NCBI GenBank assembly: GCA_963663165.1
Contig: OY760175.1
Span: 2,976,001-3,040,000 of the forward strand
Direction: 5' to 3'
Length of the DNA: 64,000 nucleotides
Source: an uncultured Desulfospira sp.
GTDB taxonomy: Bacteria; Desulfobacterota; Desulfobacteria; Desulfobacterales; Desulfobacteraceae
Shown in pieces: positions 9,752 through 18,854 of this stretch (positions are counted from its first letter, which is position 1; each line of letters opens with the position of its first letter). The translations under genes and the position numbers were made by a program. The notes beneath the pieces are model-generated. The model had not been told where the DNA came from. It worked only from the letters and a program-made list of their open reading frames with translations, and searched no databases.

Positions 9752-10534
9752 TTACTTTTTCCGGTACCCGCCCGGAAAAATCTGAACCATATCATGATCA
9801 AACCCGCGAAGGGCTTCGGACAGCCCAATAAACAAATATCCATCAGGTTTCAGGGCATTCAGCAAATGCTCTACCACCTTTTTACGGGTGACCACATCAA
9901 AATAAATCATCACATTCCGGCAAAAAATAATATCATAATTTTTTTTGGACGATCGGTTCAGCAGATTGTGCTTGGCAAATGTAACATATCGCCGGACACC
10001 GGGTTTGAGCCGGACAAACCCCTTTTGAGCGTTTTTCCCCTTTTGAAAATAGGCATGCAGCATTTTGACGGGAACTTCCCTGATCCGTTCCGTTGGATAG
10101 ATCGCCTTTTTTGCGATCTCCAGCATGGAATCAGACACATCAGACGCGAAAATTTTAAAATCATAGGACCGGTCAATCAGCTGCACAGCAATGGAAAAGG
10201 CCTCTTCCCCGCTGGAAGAGGCCGCACTCCAGATTTTTAAGGGCCTGTCATTGGGGATGGTGTTGACAATAAATTCGCAGTGCTTGTTTTCCCTGAAAAA
10301 AAAGGTATGGTTGGTGGTGGTCGCATCAATAAACCGGTCAAATTCACCCGGATTCGACAGGATCAGCTCAATATAATCGGATACGGAAGACACCCCGGCA
10401 AGCCGGACCCGCTTGGACAGCATGGCTTCAAGAAAATGGTATTTTTTCTCATTTAAAACAACACCGGATTCCCTGTAAACGATCTTGGCCAGTTGCAGGT
10501 ATTGCTCTTTGGTCATTTTTATATTAGGTGCCAT
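9752..10534 (-). CDS. cheR: Chemotaxis protein-glutamate O-methyltransferase
   Basis: TTNHTFFFRE, IWSAASSSGEEAFS, HNLL, IFCRNVMIYF, GLSE; start 10534 or 10516. Confidence 0.93.
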   Translation of the reverse strand: MAPNIKMTKEQYLQLAKIVYRESGVVLNEKKYHFLEAMLSKRVRLAGVSSVSDYIELILSNPGEFDRFIDATTTNHTFFFRENKHCEFIVNTIPNDRPLKIWSAASSSGEEAFSIAVQLIDRSYDFKIFASDVSDSMLEIAKKAIYPTERIREVPVKMLHAYFQKGKNAQKGFVRLKPGVRRYVTFAKHNLLNRSSKKNYDIIFCRNVMIYFDVVTRKKVVEHLLNALKPDGYLFIGLSEALRGFDHDMVQIFPGGYRKK

Positions 10535-10687
10535 GCGATTTTCCCGGATAATGTCTGCTGTCGTCGATTTCCCCTTTGAATGATGAGATGTGGTGGGGGA
10601 AAACCAGGGGCGACAGGACCGCCCCCTGTGTTTGTGCCATATATAGATCAAACCAGACGGTTTGATTATTGTCAATAAATAATTGAA

Positions 10688-10795
10688 GGGAGACCGAAAA
10701 CCGGAGACGGGAGACCGGAATGCGAAACCCCTAAGGATGCGCGATCCGGTCTCCGGTCTCCGGTTTCCTTCCTTCCGGTTTCCTTTCCATTCCCT
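10688..10795. repeat. Heptameric GGAGACC/CCGGTCT palindromic repeat
   Basis: ggagaccg...ggagacgggagaccgg faces ccggtctccggtctccggtttcc; related copies at 21416-21620 and 59061-59105. Confidence 0.75.
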
Positions 10796-10813
10796 TTCCT
10801 GTATAAAGGCCGG

Positions 10814-11713
10814 ATGATAAAAAAAGAGTATATGCTTGGACTGCTGACCGTTTTGTTCTGGTCAACTTCGGCCACGGCCTTTGAACTGACGCTCCGGTAT
10901 ATGGATGTTTTTCAGCTGCTGTTTTACGCTGTTGTAACCTCCACCTTGATTCTTGGCGCTTGCCTGAAAGCCTGTGGAAAATTTAACGCGGTTTTCGGGC
11001 TTAAGCCCAGGGAGTATGGCTTTTACGCAGGCCTTGGGTTTCTCAACCCCTTCATGTATTACCTGATGGTGGTCAAGGCCTATGATCTGCTGCCGGCCCA
11101 GATGGTCCAGCCCATCAATTACACCTGGGTAATCACCTTGTCTATCCTGGCCGTTCCCCTGTTAAAGCAGACCTTTGGCAAAATCCAGATGGCGGCCACC
11201 CTTATCAGCTATGCCGGGGTGGTGGTGATTTCCACGGGCACCGGCGGCGGCCCCGGGGAACCCATGAATTATTTCGGGGTGTTTCTGGCCGTGGGCTGCA
11301 CCCTGATCTGGGCGCTTTACTGGATTTTTAATATCAAGTCCCAACAGGATCCTGTGGTGGCCATTTTCCTGAATGGTTTTTTCAGCCTTCCCTTTTTGGC
11401 CCTGTCCTGTCTTGCCTTTTCTTCCTTTGCCGTGCCGCATGCCAGAGGCCTTTTGGGGGCGGTCTGGATCGGCTGCTTTGAATTGGGATTTGCCTTTATT
11501 TCCTGGATTACGGCTTTAAAATTATCAGAGAATACCGGCCGGGTGGCCAATTTAATTTTTCTGACCCCTTTTGTATCCCTGGTGTTTATCCACGAAATTC
11601 TGGGGGAAACCATCTATCCTGAGACCTTTATGGGACTGTTTCTCATCCTTTTGGGAATCGGGTTCCAGAAATATCATGAGTTTGCGCATTCAACCAAAGG
11701 AGGGCCAAGGTGA
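10814..11713 (+). CDS. DMT/EamA-family transporter
   Basis: About 10 hydrophobic segments, two EamA repeats (QPINYTWV; NLIFLTPF). Confidence 0.88.
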   Translation: MIKKEYMLGLLTVLFWSTSATAFELTLRYMDVFQLLFYAVVTSTLILGACLKACGKFNAVFGLKPREYGFYAGLGFLNPFMYYLMVVKAYDLLPAQMVQPINYTWVITLSILAVPLLKQTFGKIQMAATLISYAGVVVISTGTGGGPGEPMNYFGVFLAVGCTLIWALYWIFNIKSQQDPVVAIFLNGFFSLPFLALSCLAFSSFAVPHARGLLGAVWIGCFELGFAFISWITALKLSENTGRVANLIFLTPFVSLVFIHEILGETIYPETFMGLFLILLGIGFQKYHEFAHSTKGGPR

Positions 11714-12555
11714 TCAGTTCTCAGACCCTGGCTGTTGTATACGGCATCAGCAGTGCGGTGGCCTGGGGCGCCGCGGACTTTAACGGCGGGCTGGCTTCCC
11801 GCAAGGGAATGCTTCTGGGCGTGGTGGCATCCTCTCAGACCATTGGCGGAGCCTTCCTGCTGCTGGCCGCCATTTTCACCTTTGAACCTGTTCCTCCCCT
11901 GGCCCATTTTGCTTACGGGGGACTGGCCGGCCTGTTCGGCATCCTGGGGTTGCTGGCGTTGTACCAGGGCCTGGCCCAGGGGCGCATGGGGATTGTGGCA
12001 CCGCTGTCCGCCGTGCTGACAACCCTTGTTCCCATGGGGTATACCATGCTGCACCAGGGCATGCCCTCCATCCTGCAGATGACCGGGTTTGTCTTTTTTG
12101 TTGTTGCGGTATGGCTGTTGTCATCCGGGGATGCATCCTTTAAGATGGCCTTGAATGAACTTTTCCTGTCCGTTGCGGCAGGCCTGGGGTTCGGGCTGTT
12201 TTTCATCTTCATAGACCAGGCCAATGACGTGGCCGTATTCTGGCCCCTGGCCGGTGCCAGGCTTGTTTCCATCTCCTTTATCCTGGTGGTTATACGGATA
12301 ATGAAAAAACCGTTCATCCCCGTCCCCGGGCAATGGAAATTCATCATTCTTGCCGGAGTGCTGGACGCCGCCGGCAACTGTCTTTTTTCCATGGCGGCCC
12401 GGCTCGGCCGCCTGGACATTGCCGCGGTCTTAAGCTCCCTGTATCCGGCGGCCACCGTTCTTCTGGCCTTTGTGTTCCTTAAAGAAAAACTTCACCGGGT
12501 GCAGTGGTTGGGGGTGGCGGCCGCCTTTGTTTCCCTGGTTTTGATTTCTGTGTAA
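11710..12555 (+). CDS. DMT/EamA-family transporter
   Basis: WGAADFNGG, GRMGIVAPLSA, LSSLYPAATVLLA...EKL. Confidence 0.88.
   Translation: MISSQTLAVVYGISSAVAWGAADFNGGLASRKGMLLGVVASSQTIGGAFLLLAAIFTFEPVPPLAHFAYGGLAGLFGILGLLALYQGLAQGRMGIVAPLSAVLTTLVPMGYTMLHQGMPSILQMTGFVFFVVAVWLLSSGDASFKMALNELFLSVAAGLGFGLFFIFIDQANDVAVFWPLAGARLVSISFILVVIRIMKKPFIPVPGQWKFIILAGVLDAAGNCLFSMAARLGRLDIAAVLSSLYPAATVLLAFVFLKEKLHRVQWLGVAAAFVSLVLISV
12461..12555 (+). repeat. Direct repeat copy 1 (intact 3' end of EamA gene), left boundary of AbiE islet
   Basis: ttctggcctttgtgttccttaaagaaaaacttcaccgggtgcagtgg...tctgtgtaa recurs at 14411-14506. Confidence 0.95.
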
Positions 12556-12705
12556 ATAGAGTACCCTGAAGAATAGTATAAATACGGTTCCACAATTCAT
12601 AAAAATAGTGAAATTTTACATACAAAATATACCTTGCCCGTATCAAAAAGTATATGCTATAAGTATTTATTCATAAAAATAAATGAAAAACTACGCTTAA
12701 AATAT

Positions 12706-13524
12706 ATGCCGGAAATTTTAGAAGGTATAGGAAAAACAGATCGGCAGCGGATAGCGGCCATACTGCGCGGTACCAAGGGAACGATTTCGGTTAAGGAGGC
12801 CGCAAAAATTTTAGCTGTCCCCCCTCAGGAAGCGGCTAAGATGCTGTACAGATGGGCAAAGAAAGGCTGGGTGTCGCGGGTGCGGCAGGGGCTTTATGTA
12901 CCCGTTCCCCTGGAGTCCGAATCTGCAAATGTGAGTCTTGAGAACCCCTGGATTGTGGCCCAGCAGCTCTATTTTCCCTGTTATATCGGAGGGTGGAGCG
13001 CGGCAGAGTATTTTGACCTCACTGAGCAGATGTTCTTTACCATCATGGTGATGACCGAGCGCAAACCCAGGATAAGGCAGCCTGTATACAAAGATCAGTC
13101 CTTTTTAATCCGGACGGTTCCAAAATCTGCCATGTTCGGGCTTCAGCCGGTATGGCAGGGTCAGGTGAAGATCATGGTGTCTGATCCGGCCCGGACCCTG
13201 GCGGATATGCTGATCAATCCATCCTGCGGAGGGGGGATCCGGATGGTAAAAGAGATGCTGGCCCGCCTGATTAAAACACGGCCTGAGATGCTTGAGTACT
13301 TGATAAATTATGGAAGAAGACTTGGCAAGGGGGTTTTGTTCAAACGGCTGGGGTTTCTTTTAGAACTATTGGAATTAAGGGATGAAGCTGTTCTTGAGGG
13401 TTGCCGGAAACAATTGACATCCGGGAATGCCAAGCTGGACCCTGCTCTTGCAAATTCCAGGCTTGTGACCCGGTGGCGGCTCTGGGTACCGGAAAATTGG
13501 AAAAAGGCTCCGACCCATGATTGA
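12706..13524 (+). CDS. abiEi: Type IV TA antitoxin / transcriptional regulator, AbiEi family
   Basis: N-terminal wHTH (KKGWVSRVRQGLY), YIGGWSAAEYFDLTEQ, SDPARTLAD, KRLGFLLE, RWRLWVP; start reassigned to ATG 12706. Confidence 0.85.
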   Translation: MPEILEGIGKTDRQRIAAILRGTKGTISVKEAAKILAVPPQEAAKMLYRWAKKGWVSRVRQGLYVPVPLESESANVSLENPWIVAQQLYFPCYIGGWSAAEYFDLTEQMFFTIMVMTERKPRIRQPVYKDQSFLIRTVPKSAMFGLQPVWQGQVKIMVSDPARTLADMLINPSCGGGIRMVKEMLARLIKTRPEMLEYLINYGRRLGKGVLFKRLGFLLELLELRDEAVLEGCRKQLTSGNAKLDPALANSRLVTRWRLWVPENWKKAPTHD

Positions 13525-14365
13525 TAAGTCTGAAATCATGGCCTTTGCACGGCAGTTTCATTTAAGGGCCAGTGTGGTGGAAAAGGATTATGTCCTGGGA
13601 TGGGTGTTGGCTGGAATTTTTAACCATCCGGCCATTGGAGGGCAATGGATATTTAAAGGGGGGACCTGCCTTAAAAAATGCCATATCAATACCCAGCGGT
13701 TTTCTGAAGATCTTGATTTCACCCTGACAAAGGAGGCCGTGTTAGATCAAGCTACGCTCACAGTTGTATTCAAAGGGATCAGTGCATGGGTCTATGACGC
13801 GTCCGGTATAGAACTGCCTGAATCTTTGATCCGCTTCAATGGATATGAAAATCACATGGGAGGCATATCGGCCCAAGGCAAGGTTGGCTATAAAGGGCCT
13901 TTGATGCCGGGAGGGGATCTGCCCCGCATCAAGCTTGATCTGACCCTGGATGAAATTGTGGTACAATCCCCTTTAACACTTGAGGTGTCACATCCTTATT
14001 CAGACTTTCCCCAAGGGGGGATCCACATCCTGGGGTATTCATTTGAAGAGGTTTTTGCAGAAAAGATCAGGGCTTTGGCTGAGCGGGAGCGGCCCAGGGA
14101 TCTTTATGATGTGGTCTGCCTTTATCGCCAGTGTGGGGATACCTGTGATCTTAAACAGATCCGGGATATCCTGAAAAAGAAATGCCGGTTTAAGCATATT
14201 GCCTTTCCTACCCTGGAAGGATTGAAGAACAGGCCGGAACAGCAGGAACTGGAAGCCGAATGGAAGAACATGCTGGGGCATCAAATAGGTGTCTTACCGG
14301 AATTTAAAATATTTTGGAAAGACCTTGAAATGGTGATGGCATGGCTGAACCAAGACGTCAAATGA
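13517..14365 (+). CDS. abiEii: Type IV TA nucleotidyltransferase toxin, AbiEii/AbiGii family
   Basis: VEKDYVL, FKGGTCLKK, RFSEDLDF, AEKIRAL, RPRDLYD; overlaps the antitoxin stop. Confidence 0.92.
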   Translation: MIDKSEIMAFARQFHLRASVVEKDYVLGWVLAGIFNHPAIGGQWIFKGGTCLKKCHINTQRFSEDLDFTLTKEAVLDQATLTVVFKGISAWVYDASGIELPESLIRFNGYENHMGGISAQGKVGYKGPLMPGGDLPRIKLDLTLDEIVVQSPLTLEVSHPYSDFPQGGIHILGYSFEEVFAEKIRALAERERPRDLYDVVCLYRQCGDTCDLKQIRDILKKKCRFKHIAFPTLEGLKNRPEQQELEAEWKNMLGHQIGVLPEFKIFWKDLEMVMAWLNQDVK

Positions 14366-14410
14366 AAATGTCTGTATATTCTCATTTTTCAATGACTTTG
14401 CCATCTGTTT

Positions 14411-14506
14411 TTCTGGCCTTTGTGTTCCTTAAAGAAAAACTTCACCGGGTGCAGTGGCTGGGGGGTAGCGGCCGCCTTTGTTTCCCTGGTTTTGATGTCT
14501 GTGTGA
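14411..14506 (+). repeat. Direct repeat copy 2 (displaced, frameshifted EamA 3' end), right boundary of AbiE islet
   Basis: Matches 12461-12555 with 4 substitutions and one extra G in a G-run. Confidence 0.95.
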
Positions 14507-14555
14507 GGGGAGGGGAAGAATCATACACTTTGGCAGCCGTCCCGCGGTGCTGCCA

Positions 14556-14857
14556 CAGGGCAATCGCATGTAAAAAAATTATCCTCGATGATTTTTATTT
14601 ATATAGGCATTCAAGGTCCCCCCCTCTGTGGTGTTTGGCGTAAGCCAAATCTCTGTGCCCTCTGTGGTTTAAAAATATGAAATCCCGAAGGGGTTGAATT
14701 ATTCTTCTTTAACCTCCTGGTTTTATAAATTGTGGGCTTCGCCCACTCTTTAAATTTAACCACAGAGGGGCACAGAGAAACACAGAGTTTCAGTGCTGCG
14801 CACTGAAATTACATTCGGTAAGCTTAAACAGTGGGAAAGTCACATGCGATTGCCCTG
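14556..14857. mobile_element. 302-bp non-autonomous MITE with ISAs1-like termini
   Basis: Perfect 16-bp TIR CAGGGCAATCGCATGT / ACATGCGATTGCCCTG; perfect 10-bp target duplication GGTGCTGCCA at 14546-14555 and 14858-14867. Confidence 0.9.
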
Positions 14858-15158
14858 GGTGCTGCCAGCTTTAACTGGACAAAAAAAAATTTTTGTACTA
14901 TTGATCGGTTTATAAGAAACTGGAGACAAGAAAAAAGAGACAAGAGGGCGAAGCACCTGCGGTGCCCAATTTATAGTCTACCGTTGCTGGTATCTTCAGT
15001 TTCATTATTCGTTGTGGGCTTGTGGCCCATGGCCGTTTATATGGAAACCGCAACAGAACGGGGCCATATAAATTAAATTTTCAGATTCCCAGGATAACCC
15101 TGATTTTAAAGTGATGTTTTATCATCGTCGATATGTGCAAAACCCTAAGGAGTCTTTT

Positions 15159-15347
15159 ATGGCTAAAAGAAAAAGAAAAGTTATTGAAAGGCGCTTTCAA
15201 GACCGCCGGAAAGGATATAACCTTGAACTCATGGACCGGATTGGACTGGAACGACGGAAAAGCGAAAGACGGGACCGGGCCGAACGGCGCAGCGGCTGGC
15301 TCCGCCTTGACGGGTTTACCAGTATAAGGACCAACCAGGAAGTTTGA
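15159..15347 (+). CDS. 62-aa Arg-rich small protein with ERR/DRR repeats
   Basis: TAAGGAG RBS before ATG 15159; ERRFQDRR, ERRKSERRDRAERRSGW. Confidence 0.7.
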   Translation: MAKRKRKVIERRFQDRRKGYNLELMDRIGLERRKSERRDRAERRSGWLRLDGFTSIRTNQEV

Positions 15348-15362
15348 CAAAAAGAATTTCGC

Positions 15363-15602
15363 TTATTTTTTTTTGCGCCACATTTTTGCAAGGTCTTCGT
15401 CTGTCGGTGCCTCACGGGTCTCCACAGGGGTGCCCGGGTATTGGGTAATAGTATCCCTGTCCGGGTCTTCTTTGGGCAGGTACCGGACAACTTTGCCGTC
15501 TTCATCCCGGTAAATATAGGTTCCTCCTGAGGCGGTGCCGCAGAAGGCCCCAAGGAGGATTGCCATAATTATCACTGTGGCACTGGTTGTCATATATTTC
15601 AT
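15363..15602 (-). CDS. Small exported protein, DUF4124-like
   Basis: Signal peptide then TYIYRDEDGKVVRY; GGAG RBS; co-directional with pilus genes. Confidence 0.65.
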   Translation of the reverse strand: MKYMTTSATVIIMAILLGAFCGTASGGTYIYRDEDGKVVRYLPKEDPDRDTITQYPGTPVETREAPTDEDLAKMWRKKK

Positions 15603-15619
15603 GTTTGGTTCTCCGTTTT

Positions 15620-15691
15620 TTAGCCGTTAGCTGTTAGCCGGTGGATACAAGCCCAAAAGCTAACCACTAAAGGCTAACAGCTAAAAGCTGA
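15620..15691. repeat. Heptameric TAGCnnT inverted tandem repeats
   Basis: tagccgt-tagctgt-tagccgg ... agctaac-cactaaa-ggctaac-agctaaa-agctgat. Confidence 0.75.
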
Positions 15692-15695
15692 TTTA

Positions 15696-18600
15696 TCATT
15701 GAAGGCCGCCGAAACTGCTGTCCGTGGAATCCCCGTCGCAGTCTACCCCGAGTTGGACCCCGAAATCCGCCAGGCTTAACAGGGACTGGCTGCCGTTATC
15801 ACCAATATCCCCCATGACAAAGACGGCGATCTCGCTTCTTTCGGACTGGCTGCCGAAATCTTCGCCGCTGGGCGAGGTAAACCGGCCGGTTCTGAGGGTA
15901 TACCCGTCGCTCTGGCGGGTACAGTCCGTATTCGGGTTGACAATCCAGTAGGTTCCCTCTACCGGGGTTTCTTCAACGGATACGTTATCCACCAGTGTAA
16001 ATTTGTCGACGTTCTGGCAGTCAATTCTTCCCGAACAACCCGACCATTCATCAATGTCAAATACCGGCCATTTCAACGCACCTGGACTGTTTGTCCCAAA
16101 GGTTGCATTGTACGGATACCGGATGGTATTGTTATAAAGGTTGTCTGCCCTGGCCCGCCTGGGATCAAAACTGACCAGAGGATTGGCATAATAGACCGTA
16201 ATATCATTCACCTTCCGGCCGTCAATACTCTTTTCATGTACCCTGACAAACAAACTGGACAGGTCCACCGGGGTGCCGTTGGTTTTGACCATTGCCGCAT
16301 CGGCAGAAATATCTTTATAGGCCACCCACCGCCGGTTTTCCGCGCCCCCCTGGACATACTGTTCCCACAGGACCACCAGAAGCCTGTTGTTTACCTCGCC
16401 GGTCCCTTTGAAGTACGGTTTGATGGAGTCGGGGATCATATCATTGACATCGTTGCTGCTCGGATCATACCGCATGAAGGAAATCCCGTAACCGGCATAC
16501 TTTCCCGATTCTTCTTCATGCCACCTAAAACAGATGCCGGCTGCGGCATAGTTGAGTTCATCGCCCCAGATCTGTTTGACCTGAATGGTGTAACTTAAAT
16601 AATGGCTGGCAGACTCCCATTTTGCGGAAATATCGCTGTTCCGGCTCAAGGGAAGAATATACTCGCCAATGGTGTTTTTGGGATATCCCAAAAAGACAAT
16701 GGTTCCGTTGTCTCCCACGGCATAGATGCCGGTCAGGTCTTTTCCCCAGATAGAGTTTAAATCTTCGGTCACCTCATCATCGGGGTCGTCTACAATTTCA
16801 AACCCTTCTCCTTTATTGTACAGGATGGTGCCGTTGTCCCCGACCACATAAAAATCTGTGGCACTGTTGCCGTATATGCCGTTAAGATTCTCCGTGGTGG
16901 GAATAAGGCTTGGGGAAATCTGATTCCAGCCGTTTCTCCAGTTGGTGGCCCCCTGGGTATTTTGAAGAATGGCCCCGTTATCGCCCACGGCATACTGGTT
17001 TGCCCATTCGCTTCCCCAGATCCCCCTTAAAGGGATGCCGGATATGATCACATACGTAAAAAACTCATGCTGGATGAGGCCGTCGCCCTCATAAAACGAA
17101 GGCGCTTTGCTGCCGGAAAATTCCCCGACCATGACATTCTGGTTTGAATAGCCCCCGTAAGATTCGGTAACAGCCCAAAGGCACCGGAAATTGGCTTTCC
17201 CGCCAAACTGGCTGATGTAAGCGTTGTAATGGCTGAACTGGTGGTAAGCGTTCCAGCTGTTACTCCAATGATAAGGATTGGTACCGGCTTCGCCGTATCC
17301 GTCAAAATGGTTCCAGGCGGTCCCGTTGGCGGCATAGACATCATAGGTTCTCGAATTTCTCCCCAGAATCCAGCCGCTTCCCTCGTTGATCATGACTGTC
17401 CCGTCCGCCCCCCCGATAAAAATTTGATCCTTTTCTGTGGCGTCATCCTTTTCATCGGGCAACCCCCATATGGCGTAAAGGGTTTTTCCGTTGCAGGTTG
17501 TCACGGCATCGTCTTCAAGGGTGATGTCGGTACCGTCAAAATGGAGCACGGTTCCGTCTTCACCCACAAAATACATGTTATCCGAGGCATTTCCCCATAT
17601 GCCGTATAAATCCTTATCCCGGACCGCCTCGGGAATCCGCTCCTTGTCAATCACCTCCATGGTATAGCCGGCATCCTGGTCTTCTTCGCTGAAGTTCTGA
17701 AAGGTCAGCACGGAACTGGTGGGTTCGTCCGTATACTCGGTCTGTATTTCCTGGGTCGTGGAGACGTACAGATCCCTTTCAGACAGTCCCTCACTGTTGT
17801 CAAACTCCCAGTTTTTCAGGACGGTTTTTGCACTAGGGCCAATCCCTTCTTCGTCGTCAAAGGTATCAGCACCCCCGGTACCGCCGAGATCAAGGGTTTC
17901 TGCCGTGTCCGGCGGCACGTACAATTCATCGGTTAAGTAAACGTTTAAATCCAGTTCCCGGCTGGCTTCCATATTTCCGCTTCCCGCAGCGCCCACCGAT
18001 TCAATCCGGACCTGTTTTTTCATGACCACCCTGGAACCCGAATCAAGATTCAGGGGCAGGCTTGCGTCATCAACCGGCTGGATATCCGATAATACGATAC
18101 GGTTATTGGCGTCTGTTGTCCGCTGGCGGTACCGGTATGATCCTTCATGGGTGTCTTCATCCTCGTACAGGTCAATAAATCCGTTTCTCTCGGGTAAAAG
18201 CTCCTCTAAGCTTGCATCCACAGAAATAGAAAAGTCCCCGCCTTCTTCAACCCTGGTGCCGTCAGGAGGGGAAAATGCCAGATACACACAGGTATGGGAA
18301 TCAACTTCAACCGTCTCGCTGCCGGTCAGGGTAATGGAAAATTCGTCTGAATCCATGGCCGATGCCTTGGCGTCGGGGGTGCCTGCTCCATACGGATAAA
18401 ATTTACCGTTAATGCAGACGGTACCGGATTCGGGAAGCACATTCTCAAATCCGTCAGGAAACTTGCCAGGCACCCGCATGCTCAGGGAGGTGAATTCTCC
18501 ATCTGAATTGGCCACAAAAAAATAGGGGTAAATGGAGAGCTGGAAACTGCCGTTGTTGTTCCGCAGGGTCACCTTTTCCTGGTTCATGGCCTCTAACCGG

Positions 18601-18827
18601 TCAAGCTTGTCATCAAAGTCCCCGGCACTGATGTATTCCCCGCCGGCATACCGGTATCCGGCCTCAGCCACATTAACGGCCCGAAGCTCAATATTCTTTT
18701 CCGCTGTTTCCAGGGAAGAAGAGTTGAGCATCAAACCGGCCCCGACCCCCAAAGAAAGGACCACCATCATGACCATAACCGTTATCAGTATGGCACCGGC
18801 TTCCCTGTTTTGATGTGTTACCCTCAT
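15696..18827 (-). CDS. Large pilus-tip adhesin-like protein: PilX-like N-terminus plus beta-propeller repeats
   Basis: EAG|AILITVMVMM prepilin-like helix lacking E5, AEAGYRYA; seven IWG...VGDNGT-type repeats. Confidence 0.7.
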   Translation of the reverse strand: MRVTHQNREAGAILITVMVMMVVLSLGVGAGLMLNSSSLETAEKNIELRAVNVAEAGYRYAGGEYISAGDFDDKLDRLEAMNQEKVTLRNNNGSFQLSIYPYFFVANSDGEFTSLSMRVPGKFPDGFENVLPESGTVCINGKFYPYGAGTPDAKASAMDSDEFSITLTGSETVEVDSHTCVYLAFSPPDGTRVEEGGDFSISVDASLEELLPERNGFIDLYEDEDTHEGSYRYRQRTTDANNRIVLSDIQPVDDASLPLNLDSGSRVVMKKQVRIESVGAAGSGNMEASRELDLNVYLTDELYVPPDTAETLDLGGTGGADTFDDEEGIGPSAKTVLKNWEFDNSEGLSERDLYVSTTQEIQTEYTDEPTSSVLTFQNFSEEDQDAGYTMEVIDKERIPEAVRDKDLYGIWGNASDNMYFVGEDGTVLHFDGTDITLEDDAVTTCNGKTLYAIWGLPDEKDDATEKDQIFIGGADGTVMINEGSGWILGRNSRTYDVYAANGTAWNHFDGYGEAGTNPYHWSNSWNAYHQFSHYNAYISQFGGKANFRCLWAVTESYGGYSNQNVMVGEFSGSKAPSFYEGDGLIQHEFFTYVIISGIPLRGIWGSEWANQYAVGDNGAILQNTQGATNWRNGWNQISPSLIPTTENLNGIYGNSATDFYVVGDNGTILYNKGEGFEIVDDPDDEVTEDLNSIWGKDLTGIYAVGDNGTIVFLGYPKNTIGEYILPLSRNSDISAKWESASHYLSYTIQVKQIWGDELNYAAAGICFRWHEEESGKYAGYGISFMRYDPSSNDVNDMIPDSIKPYFKGTGEVNNRLLVVLWEQYVQGGAENRRWVAYKDISADAAMVKTNGTPVDLSSLFVRVHEKSIDGRKVNDITVYYANPLVSFDPRRARADNLYNNTIRYPYNATFGTNSPGALKWPVFDIDEWSGCSGRIDCQNVDKFTLVDNVSVEETPVEGTYWIVNPNTDCTRQSDGYTLRTGRFTSPSGEDFGSQSERSEIAVFVMGDIGDNGSQSLLSLADFGVQLGVDCDGDSTDSSFGGLQ

Positions 18828-18854
18828 GTTTTGCTGCCTTTATCTTAAATATGG

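Noticed and set aside
14341..15076. ORFs 14341-14643 and 14831-15076
   Set aside because: Chance frames crossing the duplicated EamA end and MITE boundaries.
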